A stretch of 46,788 nt of DNA from positions 2,577,920 through 2,624,707 of the forward strand of contig NW_019091357.1 in NCBI RefSeq assembly GCF_001949145.1, given 5' to 3'. Below the pieces are notes generated by a model. The model saw only the letters and a program-made list of their open reading frames with translations. It searched no databases and was not told the DNA's origin. Source of the stretch: Acanthaster planci. Taxonomy: Eukaryota. Numbering within the stretch: position 1 is the first letter of the stretch; the number at the start of each line of letters is the position of its first letter. Of the stretch, positions 22,537 to 34,382 are shown piece after piece. The position numbers and the translations under genes are program-made.

Positions 22537-22724
22537 TATGCAGCAAGGTATGAGACGGAGAGAACCCCCCCCCCTGCTTTGCGTTGATCATTGTCTCGCA
22601 GGAATCTGGGGAATTCCTTTCAGACACCTTGGGGGGGATGTGTTAAGTAACAATAGTCTGGAATGTGTATAGGGATTGGATATGTTGGGGGGGTACCCCT
22701 CGGTCTCATTTCTTGCTGGGTATA
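22537..22724. mobile_element. Small inverted-repeat element
   Basis: cagcaaggtatgagacggag ... ctcggtctcatttcttgctg. Confidence 0.55.
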
Positions 22725-24418
22725 TAAAGCATGTACTGCGCCTGCGAAAGAAAAAATAGCTGTGCACCCAGCTGATGGGGTTAATACTCAACGGCTTGGG
22801 GCAGGAGTGAAGCTTTTATGTACACGCAAATGTACATAGCTAGCCAACGCCGGACAAAACATTTTGTATACAAAATGACCTTTGAGGAAAGACTCCTTCG
22901 CACACAGTTCCTCCATTTTACAGCCTCGTTTAATATCTCACAACACCCGTTTTATCACAATTTGGAAGCTGCTTCTGCGTATATTAAACACGAAAGAGGA
23001 TATTGATCTATAACGCTTCATTTCCATCCAACATTCGCTACGTGTAGGTATATACAGTATATACAAATGCCTAAATATTTTATACAGCTGCTGTTATGCC
23101 TCGATTTATTACAACGACAAACTTTTTTTTCTTGCTATGAATACACATTCAGGGAAATGGTGAATTATTTCCATTGACCTACGGTGACCTATATCAGTTG
23201 TCGAAAATATATCTCTTTGTCTAAAATCTTATAGAAATCATTGTGTTTACTTAAATTTTACAATGAGTAGGCTGTTTCAAACCGTTTTTACGGATTTCTT
23301 AAGTTTTTAGTCACTCAAAACGATGCATATTTACAAACGAATTTTGTTTCGCAATATTTCAGCTAATCTCCTGGCTTCTGCGTGCTTTATTTAAGTGGAA
23401 CAAATTTCAATATATGTGTTAATCGATCATTCTAAATTAAATTTTGAATAGTTTAAAATTGCAAACACTTCCGCGATTCGCTTTGTTCCCATGATGGAAT
23501 TTTCTGACTATTTAAACCATTACAATGTCTAATACAGTATTAAACCAACTTCAACTTTCCAAGTTAAAAATAACTTCATACATAATACGAGAGAGTATCA
23601 ATCACTTCTGGGGGCAACAAATTATTCATGAAACCCCTTTATTTGTAGAATAAAAATTAAAAGATTAAACAGGTCAATAGTTAACTTTTCATGAATGAAG
23701 CGAAAAAACGACTAGTATGCTAAACGTGTGCACCAGCCGTTATTTCTACTTGGAGGCAAAGTGTATACGCCTCACCGTGATGACTTTCACCGAAGCACGT
23801 CCGGTGCAACCCAAGGGTGGATGGCGGAGGACCAGCTTTCAGTAGTGTGGTTTTTGGAGGCAAGTTTTTGTTAGCCTTGTTCAATATCCATTCCTCCGCC
23901 ACTGAGAAGGGCCACAGAAAATAAACAAGATATATTTAGTTGCATCTTTTGACCCCAAAAGTAATAAATTTCATCCTTCCCCCCCCAAAAAAAAAAAATC
24001 GGTTGGGGATCCATTCTTGGTGCAAACAATAGCACTTGACAATGTACAGCAGTTGCCTGAGTATTTGATAGCAAGGACATTACCTGAAAGTGTACGGGCA
24101 AATAGCAACCACCAACTGGGAGCAAAAGCTACCTGGCTTGCGGCTTGCGATATAAGGACAGAGAAACAGAACTACGAAATAAATGAGCGCATATCCTTTA
24201 TACATGTACAAACACCTGAGGTTATTTTTAACATTGGGTGAAAGTCCCGTTAAAATCGAACTTACCTCTACGATTCTGCGTTGAAAATATGATAACATAT
24301 TTCATGACTTGGTACAATCAATGACGTTTTCGATTCATTCCTACCCAATCCCTTGAGGGCCCATGATGCCCATTGATATCAATATGCACAACGAACCATT
24401 TTGTCGTAATTATCGTAT

Positions 24419-24699
24419 TTAAATTTTGCTTTCGATCTCGTATGCCATGTTAGAGGCTCCCACACTTCGATATCGCACATTCTCCTCTGTGGGTGGAGCC
24501 CTCGTATCCTCGTCTTTGTTAGCATTGTTGCCACGGGTTTGTGAACTTGCATCATCCGCTGGTCTCCGGCGGCACAATACCCGGGACATGAGCGCCCTCT
24601 TGAGGGGAATCAACAGCGCACACACCACCGACGCGACGAAACTCGCCACCACCACGAACAGGCTCAAGGTGTAGTCGCCTGTCAAATCGTAAAATACAC
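24419..24699 (-). CDS. SLC16-like paralog 1 exon 6
   Basis: cctgcag| acceptor; VFYDLTGDY...YEIESKI-TAA. Confidence 0.9.
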
Positions 24700-27600
24700 C
24701 TGCAGGCAAACGCATATATTAAAATACATCATTTCGAGCAGCCGTGCAGGGCTGGCCTTTATACAATACAAACAGTAGGCTACGCACTGCGAAAATGGCC
24801 TATGAAAAGTTTGGGGGCGTATAAGAAAATAATTCGATAATGATAAAATAGGCCTACCCGTATTTTTGATACCGTGTTGGTGTACCATATAGAACACGAA
24901 CAACGACACACAAGAAACGTTTCCTTGAACTGCCGACGTGTGGAAGTAAATTTAACACTGACTTGTTCATAGCTCAAATGTTCGAACATCGACGGCACAT
25001 CAGCGCTAACCACCACGTACTGTATGAAAGAGATATTAATGGCTAAAGGGAGTAAAGCCTACAAGACACTGGTGCCTAGGGCCTACAAAACACCGGTGCC
25101 TAGGCCTGCCAACCGCCTAACCCAGCCCTGAAATTATGTGGGAAACTGTTCATTCGTAACCTTCGTTCTACTGACAAAGCCTGTACACTGGAAGCCTGGT
25201 GCACGTTTGTCGTGAAATAGTGGGCGTGGTTGAGTGATAGAAGGCTTATAGGTACCTGTCAACGGAGAGCCAATCAGCACGCCCGTTCCGAAGCCGAGTA
25301 CAGCGATGGCAACAACAGCGCGAGGGCTGTAGTTCTGGAAGAGTTCACCCGCAGCTGCGAAGCACACGCCATGAACACCTCCACGACAGAAGCCCCAAAC
25401 TATACATGTATTTGGAAACAAACGCACGACAGTTATTCAGAAGCGTTGAGAAAGAAATCAAAGAAACCATTGCAAAGTTCCTGAATTTCCCTCAGTAAAA
25501 GCAAGAATCCCCAAACCCTTGAAACTATAAACAGCGTGCACTGACTAAAATACAAGTTGACCGGAATGAGTTGAAAATGTTTCGGTGAAAAAAAAGAATC
25601 CCTCCGAAGAAGATGGCTTTAAAGCCTCAGAATCCAGATTAACTGACAAAGCCTCCATTTTTGTGGGACACGTGTAAGACTTCCAAATGACTAACACCAA
25701 ATCTGTTTCTTGTTGACCTTCTTGTTTACCAGAGCATGACTACATTTTAAAGGAATGCTTTGCAATACACAATTCAGGTAGAAAAACAAGTTGCGAGTCT
25801 AGCCCCGCAGTCTGGCTGGAAACTGACTACAGGTTACTAAGCAACATCCAGGCAACTGTACCGATGTATGTTACCTACGTATTCTTCATGGTATCTAAAA
25901 AATGGTCTGTCAACATTTTAAACATCATTTAGTTCTCAATGAAACTAACAAGTGCTAATCAATAATGTATATAGCTAATTCAGAAAACAATGTGTAAACT
26001 AAGACAAAAGCACGCTGTCGGGAGTCCAACACATCTGGTGAGCAAGGCTTCCTGACGGGGAAGCCATCAGTTTGTTCGGTGTCTTACCGACTGCCAAGAC
26101 GACCGTACTCCAGAATGCTGAAAAGACGGTGAAGAGGCCGGAAATCACAGCCCCGCCGACCGAGCTCACCACCACCACGTACAGCTTCAGGCACGGCAGA
26201 CGATCCCCGAACACGGCAACGGTGAGTTTGCCCAGGATCTCGCCAGCTCCCGAGGCGGTCAGGGCCACTGATATCCTCTCGGTAGAGAGCCCGATCCCTT
26301 CCATGAAGCTCGACTTTGTGTGAAGCAAGAAAAACAGACAGACTAGAGGCTTTGGGGGTTGTTTCGCGGACAGTTAGACACAAATTGAATGTGCCGGAAG
26401 TTCTCTCATATTCAGACAAGGCCATCCACCTTTACTTAATAAATGAGTCTACACTGTTTACAAACAAACAAACCAACCGACAAAAAAAAACAAAAAACTG
26501 CTGCAAAATACATAATCCCCCTTTTTTGTTAGTCAATTGGAGTTAAATAAAATTAGCAAACTGATCAATGATTTGTTTTGCTTTCCCTGTGTGGCCAAGT
26601 GGTTAGGGTCAGGTTCCATCATAGGGTTGGAGGTTCGAATCCCGGCCGCTGGCTTCTTTTTTTTGTGGCCCTTGGCAAGCCACTACATCCTTGCTTGCCT
26701 CTCTCCATCCAGGAGTGTAAATGGGTACCAGCATTAGCTGGGGAAGCAACCTGCGATGGACTGGCATCCCATCCAGGGGAGAATAGAAATATTCTCGGTC
26801 GTTTAATGCCAAGGAAACCGCAATAAACACAGGCCTGATGAGCCAAATTGGCTCAGATCAGACTTGCTACATACTTGTACATGTACACACACCCGTTCTG
26901 ACGGTATCAACCCTAAGGGCCTATTTGTTTTCACACGGATTTTGATCTCGATCATTGATCCCCAAGCTGGTTCGCGTTAACCATGGGGGCGGGGGTTCTG
27001 ACGTCAGTGAACCAACGTCAGATCACTGATCGCGATCTGGAGCCGCGTGAAAGAAACAGGCCCCAATATCCAACCAATTCTTTTGAGCAAGGGATGTCGC
27101 TGGTGCATGGATATTTATTTAATCTCACACTATTCGATGATACTTACGAAGTTGATAATGGCAAAGGTCCAGCCGAGCTGAGCGGTGGTGATGGATGACA
27201 CCCACAGCCACACCTCGACATTCAGCACTTTCTCACAGAACGACTTCAGACTCCCAACGCGACTTGGGACATCTCCCGTTAAGTCGGAGCCGCTGCGTGC
27301 CTGATCATCGGCTACCTGACCTTGGTCAGGCGCTCCAGACTCCACGGGAACTTCGGGTTTAGGGTTGGTGCAGTCTTGATCACTCGCCGGGTCCTCCGCG
27401 GCCTTGAGGAAGGGTAGGGCCGTCACCAGCCCGAGTCCCAGCGTGACCCCGCTGAGAAATCGGAAGGTGCTCCTCCAGCCGTGAGATGCGGTGAACGAAT
27501 TGGCCAAAGGCCCCACCACCATGACACCTTTCAGAAACAAATGCCAAGACTGTTACTTTAAAGGTCAGCGTGGCACTTTTATCTCGTGAAGTAGTTTATA

Positions 27601-30600
27601 TGTAATACTTGTAATGTAGGCCTAATACACGCAATAGCAAGGGCTCTGCACAAAAATTTCCGTGGCAGATTGAGGAATATATATTATGCACTTGAGCTTT
27701 AACTTGATACTCCTCCTTGTTGTGTCAATGGTGATGTAACTTCTAGTAGTTGGGTTATGCCATTGATGTCATGTTCAAAAAACTTGCTATATTATTATGG
27801 AACATTTCATAATACATGCGTCAGTGGGAGACGATCTAAGCCGCAGCTGGTAACTTCCGTAAGCGAGTGTTATTGTCAGCCTCTTTTGCCGAGAAATACA
27901 GACGAGTTACCATAGTGCGCCTCCAAGAGTTGGCAACGCGTTGACCAGTCACAGTGCGTGAAATATGTCGACCTTTTTCAAACATGCATGGGTAGACAGA
28001 TTTCGGGCACTACGGGTGGTCAACGCGTTGCAAACTCTTGTAGGTGCACTACTGTGAAACGCCCGTATTCGGACACGGCTTCAGCAGAATATTTACGTAC
28101 CAGCGGAGGAGCCGATCATGGCGCCCCCTGTTGACCGACAGGCGCCCCCTTGTCCCAGGTACCAATCCATCAGCACACTGGCAGACCCACAGACCATGAA
28201 CCCTGCGCCCACTCCCGTCAGTAATCCAAACGTCAGGTAGGCTTGGGGCAGCGAAGAGATGAAGGAGGTGGACAGGTATCCGGCCGCCGACAGAATAACC
28301 CCGAGGAAGACCACGCGCACGTTGCCAATCTTCCAGGACAGGATTGCCGTGAAGGGAGACATGGTACCAAGCATGGCAGCGGCCAACGAGCCCACCCATC
28401 CTGATAACAGCAAAACGACGAGGCTACCATAAATTGTAGATTATTTAAGAGTGAAGTTTAGTTTGCTCGTCCCCTACACTCCTTTCTAAAGGGCTAACAA
28501 GATGTGAGGATTTTCGGTATGACGCATGACGTGATTCCTTCGAGCCCTCATTTGATAAATCCAAGTAAGAATACAGGTGTTTCACAGTAGTGCGCCTCAA
28601 AGAGTTTCCACCACGTTGGCCTGTCACAATGCGCGAAATCTGTCGACCCAATGCGCGTTTAGAAAGGGTCGACAGATTCGGGCACTGCGATCGGCCAACG
28701 CAGTGCAGACTCTTGGAGGCGCACTACTGCGAATCGCCCGTATTATGGGTGCATTCCACCAAATGGTTGCATTTCTCCGCGCGAGCTCATTTATATTTTG
28801 TGATCCCACGGGGCTTTTACAATAAGTTATGCCATAACCAAGAGGCGTCATAGAAATATTCCTATAAATCCTATAAATCCCGAATTTGGGACTGATAGTT
28901 TCCAGTTCGAGGTTTTTCTTTCACAAAAAGCCCTAAATTGCGGGCCTATGCTGGATGGGGGCGGCCTGCTACATTCAGAGCTGAGCGCATAGTTTTACTG
29001 CTATCACGGGTCTATCTTTGGGGAAAGGCGCATTAAAAAAAAGTCGTGGCTAACCCCCATAAAATTGAAACGAAATTATTGTTCTGGCCATAATCTTGAA
29101 TTTCCAGTGAAAAAGAAAACTCTCTTCCCGAGCGTCAACAGGCGGCGCTATTTCGGTCTGATTTTGCACTGTTTTTTATGGGCGCGTATTTGGTGTAGTG
29201 CAACCTTATGGGCTCGTAATAAGCGCACGCTACTGCATAAGCACTCCACAATAATTTGCGCGCCTGTAGCTGGGACCCACATTGCGCAGTCTTGTAAAAA
29301 GGCTCAGGAATGCTAGTCATTAAAATAGGCTCACAAAACGGAGAGATCAGTGATACCTGGATGAAAACAGTACCCTAAAAATGATCTATATTGGATTACT
29401 CGGTTAAATTGAGTAGACAATGACTGCTAGTAACTCAGCTCTATAACGTGCATCCCAGACACCAAGGACAGTGTTGAGAGTTTTCACTGATTCTGGTTTT
29501 CTTAGGTGAGCGTAGAAGTTACTCTTGTCTATGGTTTAACACACTGGTTTAATTTGCATCCTTAACTGCCCCGGGTAGCACCCTGTAGGCCTCAGGGGCA
29601 ATTGAAACGAACGGAGATTGGGGGGAGGACAAAATTCGAGGATAAATTCAGCCCCGTTGGATATAGAAATGACTGTTGTGGGAACAAAAAAACATGTTTA
29701 AACAGTGCAGGGAACAACATCAACTTGATTGCATTCAGTATATTAATGTCCTGAATAGTTTGCAGACAACATGAAAGTTACTTTATTGGTGTGTTAGAAC
29801 GTTGCCTTATTCAGGTTAAATAAGTTTTTGTCTCTTTTTCTCTTGTTCTGTGGGTGTTTCATTTTGAGCCGACTGAAGAGTCGCTGATGTGAAAACCTTT
29901 TGGCAACATGCATAACAGGACTTAATAAATTTATTTGATTTGGTAGGAATTACAAGTTATAAACTAGTATATACTATCAGTACTAGAAGCGACTCGTTGG
30001 GTGAACAGTTTTGACTGAGGTCTTTTGTTACAATGATTTTTTATTTTATTTTATTTTGTGTGTGTGTCGATTTTCTGCTGAAAGAAGCCCAGGCACGGGG
30101 GCTGTATTCCATTGAAAGCTACCGACCCGTGCGCATTATGACCAAACCTGGTTTAAGATTTTGTACAGACTGCGGGTCAACCCGCATCATTCATTCAGAT
30201 GTTTACATGGGCAAACAGTAGGATGATGCAATGCCACGCCGATCCCGATAAGGTCTCTGTGTGGGTTTTTAAGGGGCGTATCCAGCATTTATAAGGGGGG
30301 GGAGCAGGGTGGAACTCTTCATTGGCAATGAAGGAGGGGGTAAAATGATGGCCACTGAACCTCAACCGGGGCACACGTTTTCTCAACTTAAAATTTCGGC
30401 CATTGAAAATTTTAAATGTCTCTCTTCACCAATGAGTGCCTGTGAGGGCAAGGATGGTTGTGTTTAATTGAAAGAAAAGATTTGCACCTAAATATGGAGA
30501 ATCGAGCAATATGCTCCCATGGGAGATGAAATGGACTTGGGAATGTTTCTGGGCCTGATGAACAGGGATAGTAGTGACGTAGCGCCTTTGTACGCTTTGT

Positions 30601-31728
30601 AAATACCATATTATCTTGTATTACTATTAAGTTTAAATATATTTTCATAATACATATTTTGCTCAATACAAAAAATTAGTTTTAACAATTTTGCCATCCC
30701 CAGCGTCCCAATTTTTCTCTTCAACTCTATCTAAAGAATGGGGAAGGAGTTGAATTTGAGCCCCCATGGAAATCTTGCGACTACACTGTATTCCCAAACC
30801 ACTGAGAATAGATCAAATGAAACCAACAAATACCAAAATAATGGTCAATGGGGTAATTTCTTCTTTCAGATTTTTGCCCAAAATTGAAATAAAAAAATAC
30901 ATCAAACATGGGTACGAATTTACACGGCCATAATGGCAATAACGTTTTCACTTAATGATCTATGTAGACATAAAATCATCTCCAAACAAAATTTATGGAC
31001 AATTTGGTATTCTAAATCTTAGAGACCTTGGGAGAGGTGTGAAATTGGCCCCGGAGTGAAAACATACTTTTAAAAAGCCCACTCGAAATAGGGTTAGAAT
31101 TATAGTGGCGTATGTAGTTTTTTGGAGGAATGACATTTTAAAAAAACACCTACAAGGGGGCCACGCGCCTCCGGAATTCTTCTTTGCGGAGGGCAAACAA
31201 AGCCGTGGATACACGTGTGGACACGATCAGTCTGATGTTTGTACATATAGGGACAATTTAATCTATGCCGCACAACATTAATTATACTTTCCCCGACCGC
31301 TACGTTCAGCCTAGCTCTTTATAAAACAGATCTGTTTGTTCACTATACTCTCAGATGAAGCCATCCATTACTATCGTCAAGAGAAAGTATACCTTTTTGA
31401 TGAGTTTGTTCTCTTGCAATATAAAATGCATCTCTGCCCGGTTCTTAAACCGATCAAGCCCAGTTTTCTTACAATCACAGGCCTTAAAGCAACCGTGGAA
31501 ACTCTCCTAGCTCGCGCGTTTTCCTAAACAGCTACAATTATTATCACACCATCATGATATGATCGAGATGTATTTGACATAGGCCCTACCTGTCAAAACG
31601 GCACTGGTCTTAAACTCGGTCTGCAGTGGCCCTAAAAAGACACTGTAGTTGTACAGGGGGCCGAGGGACACCAGATATTGCATGAAGACGGCAACAGCGA
31701 TGATATACTTCCAGTACCTTGACGCCAT
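24419..31728 (-). CDS. MFS monocarboxylate-transporter-like protein (SLC16 family), paralog 1; 6 exons, 489 aa
   Basis: Exons 31728-31590, 28400-28101, 27527-27148, 26313-26088, 25399-25256 and 24699-24419 join in phase to 1470 nt. The protein has about 12 hydrophobic segments with a central polar loop and SLC16-type motifs GWVGSL, YLTFGLLTGVG, GWRSTFR and GSPLTGVFYDLTGDY. Confidence 0.9.
25256..25399 (-). CDS. SLC16-like paralog 1 exon 5
   Basis: AG/GT flanked, 144 nt; WGFCRGG...LIGSPLT. Confidence 0.9.
26088..26313 (-). CDS. SLC16-like paralog 1 exon 4
   Basis: AG/GT flanked, 226 nt; SSFMEGIG...STVVLAV. Confidence 0.9.
26584..26865 (+). mobile_element. Apparently full-length tRNA-derived SINE with CORE-like central domain, antisense within paralog 1 intron 3
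   Basis: A box TGGCCAAGTGG at 26592-26602 and B box GGTTCGAATCC at 26632-26642, then cccttggcaagccact...tgcctctctccatccagg..tgtaaatgggtacc and a 3' part ending cagactt. Confidence 0.85.
26917..27063. mobile_element. MITE with GGGCC termini (PIF/Harbinger-like)
   Basis: Imperfect TIRs near 43 bp: gggcctatttgttttcacacgg... / ...ccgcgtgaaagaaacaggccc; flanked by taa and caa. Confidence 0.7.
27148..27527 (-). CDS. SLC16-like paralog 1 exon 3
   Basis: AG/GT flanked, 380 nt; VMVVGPLAN...GWTFAIINF. Confidence 0.9.
27895..28069. mobile_element. 175-bp foldback MITE, family A copy 1
   Basis: Almost wholly palindromic: tagtgcgcctccaagagttggcaacgcgttgacc...ggtcaacgcgttgcaaactcttgtaggtgcacta. Confidence 0.85.
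28101..28400 (-). CDS. SLC16-like paralog 1 exon 2
   Basis: AG/GT flanked, 300 nt; WVGSLAAAML...MIGSSA. Confidence 0.9.
28570..28744. mobile_element. 175-bp foldback MITE, family A copy 2
   Basis: aatac...agtagtgcgcctcaaagagt...actcttggaggcgcactact...gtatt. Confidence 0.85.
31590..31728 (-). CDS. SLC16-like paralog 1 exon 1
   Basis: ATG ... G|gtagg; MASRYWKYIIAVAVF...FKTSAVLT. Confidence 0.85.
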
Positions 31729-33065
31729 GTTGATCGAGGTTATGCTGTATATTTGACCGGGGCGTACACGCACACTCACTGCAGCGGTGAGCGGTTTAAT
31801 AATACTCCTTCACTATGCGCGGTCTGAGTAGGGAGCATTCGACGTTGGCAGCCGCTGGGCGACTCGGACGCGTACTTGGCCGCTGTCCCGTGACCACCGC
31901 AATTATTATGACGTTTTGTGCGCATGTGTTCAAGTGCACGACTAGGGCATGATCACACGGTAGCAAACAATCAATGATCTGGCCTTGTCCTTACACAGCG
32001 CTGGCATTGCATCAGTCAATTGGATTTCCTCAGTTGTAAGCAGGAGCATACGTGGTCCGACTTTCCTGTACTTTTCCGTTTGCTAAATAAAATTTTTAAA
32101 ATGGCGCCGTGATTGTGCTCTTTTAACAAGCCACTCCCGTATCAGTCCCCTAATCTATGGTTTCCTTTCTTTGTCGATTCGTCGGAAATAAGAATTCGCT
32201 CCACCGTTAGCCTCTAGCCTTCTCGTAGCATTTTTGAAATTCATTTTTAACTGCATAAAAGATATATCCATTTTACGGAAACTTGCCGTTGCCCGTTTTA
32301 CCTTCTACGCTTTACCTGACAATTGTTAGGGTGATGTTATATGCCAGAAGCTTAAGGCATTTCATGTTTAGCCAGATTTCAGCCACGGTCTGAATTACAA
32401 CCAAATTTGAGAAAGGAAAGAAAATGCCCGAAATATCTATTGCAGAAATATAGACCCCCCTACTGAAATACATGTACATGTGTTCGTACTCAAGTACATT
32501 AAGGTTCAAAGTTCGTCTTTGCTTCCTGATTCTGAAAAATAGTGTAACTGAACACCGCAGCCCATTCAAGTTGAGGCTCCTAAATGCCCTTAAAATGGCA
32601 TAATGAAAATTGACATGACGGAGCCTGAGCTCAGCTTAAAGGTTTCAATATCATGTGACCCAACTAAAATACTATATTCATGTCACTGTATAGACTGGTT
32701 CCCGTCCCGTATGATCATGACAGTCTCCTCCGAAAATAGGGACCCGAAGGTTGAGGAAACGATGCCCATTCAGTGCACAAATCAAGCAGGACTCGAAGTT
32801 GATAGAATGTTTTGCGTTTTCCTCTTAGCTACAGAAAAGTACTTCACTAAAAATTTTTCATTTATCTAAAATATAACACAATAATCACTGATTTAAAGGA
32901 AATTGTCGTAGAACGATTTATCGACGATAATCACTGAAACATACACTGTGATCAACAGAAGCTTAGCAAAGGTAGGTACGTGTGTTTCATTGTCGCCTTA
33001 TCGCTGACACCTAATTCATGTTAAGCTTTGCTATTGAACTGACAAAACTTAAATATCCGGCATGG

Positions 33066-33110
33066 GCTAATCGCGCACGTTAAACAGCTGTTTAAACGTG
33101 TGCGATTAGC
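33066..33110. repeat. Near-perfect 45-bp loopless palindrome
   Basis: gctaatcgcgcacgttaaacag|ctgtttaaacgtgtgcgattagc (1 mismatch, 1 indel). Confidence 0.85.
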
Positions 33111-33804
33111 TGAAGACTGGTAGCTGCTGCAGCTAGCCTCGGTCCAGCATGTTACGTGCTGTTAAATTAATTTTCGGTGCCTCCTTGAAAAGTGTATACG
33201 TGAACACCCGGGTGCCTCCTCTGCCATGATTGAGTGTGATGGCAAACCTCGCACTCCAAAGAAAACTGAGTGGCCTTTTGGACAAGAAGCGCTGAACCGT
33301 TTATGGTGCATGCGCCGGGTTTATGCCATGGTATATCTGCATGTGTATCACACATGACCTCGAAAAACCGACCTTAGTACTGGAGAAGCCACTATGCATT
33401 GAGCACTGAGCCTAAAATGAAATGGCCGCGTCCGTCAAGTTGAAGTTGCCTGATATTAGTACATGGCATGTCGAGCGTGACCTTGCATGACTGTGCGACA
33501 GCGTGCATGTGCGAGGAAATTAACTTACAGTGAAAGCCTAAAGCAGTTCGCACATTTGTTAAGGTCACAATCTTTGACGCCCCAGGGCACTTTACTCCAG
33601 GCTTAACTTTTGAGGGGGGGGGTCATGCGAGGAGGGTGGGGGGCATGGGAGAGGCTGTAGCTATCTCTAAAGCGACTACGTTTCAGACACAAGAACTGCA
33701 TAGATACGCCTAAACAAGCAACATATTGCATTGCTTTTGGGACGTCTCCCTTAAATTCCCTCTTACGGAAAAAATATTTTGGCTGACACCTCTTTCAGAA
33801 CCTT

Positions 33805-33930
33805 AATGGGGATGTAGCATTAATAATTACGCTGTGTGTATTTGCGATGTGCACTTTCCAATGTGACAGTTAGGTGAGATTTGATCCATCGAGCTCCTAG
33901 AGTGTGACGTCATTACGTTTCAGTTCTATT
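33805..33930. mobile_element. Decayed MITE, family C
   Basis: Core is homologous to the reverse complement of 36800-36850; one arm gtgacgtcattacgtttcagttctat is shared with 36862-36887. Confidence 0.6.
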
Positions 33931-34200
33931 CGGATCGATTTCACTGTACGTTCGGTTCGGTGAGTGTTTCTAGTCTTCAAGTTGAGCGCGGTCAAGACTA
34001 GACGTACTTGGTAGCTCATACAGCCGAATAGCAGTAACAGCAGAGGGCGCTACCCAAGCATAAGGCATGCTTAAATCCAGTCTTGGTGGCAGGTCAACCA
34101 GAGAGACTGAGCATTCCTTGCGCGCAACTCGAACAACCATGAGTAATAGCGCCTACGCGTACGCATCGCTCGACAGTTGGATACTAGATGACCCTCGCCA

Positions 34201-34382
34201 AGTGGCGTAACTTGGGGGGGGGGGGAGGTGCCCCAACCCCAGACGAATGCCCGTGTCCCCAGGTCCCCCCCTCCATTTTGAATCCGTGAACACCTCTGCT
34301 GCAGCTCATTGTCTTTTGGTGCCCCTTGAAACAAATGTGTGCACCCCCGGGTGCCCCCCGGACAAATAACCCTTACACCACA
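34201..34382. mobile_element. AGTGGCGTA-ended MITE-like element
   Basis: agtggcgtaa ... ttacaccac with G/C-run subterminal tracts; similar ends at 42908-43296 and 44847-45123. Confidence 0.5.

Noticed and set aside
26578..26846. Overlapping short ORFs in paralog 1 intron 3
   Set aside because: They lie essentially within the SINE.
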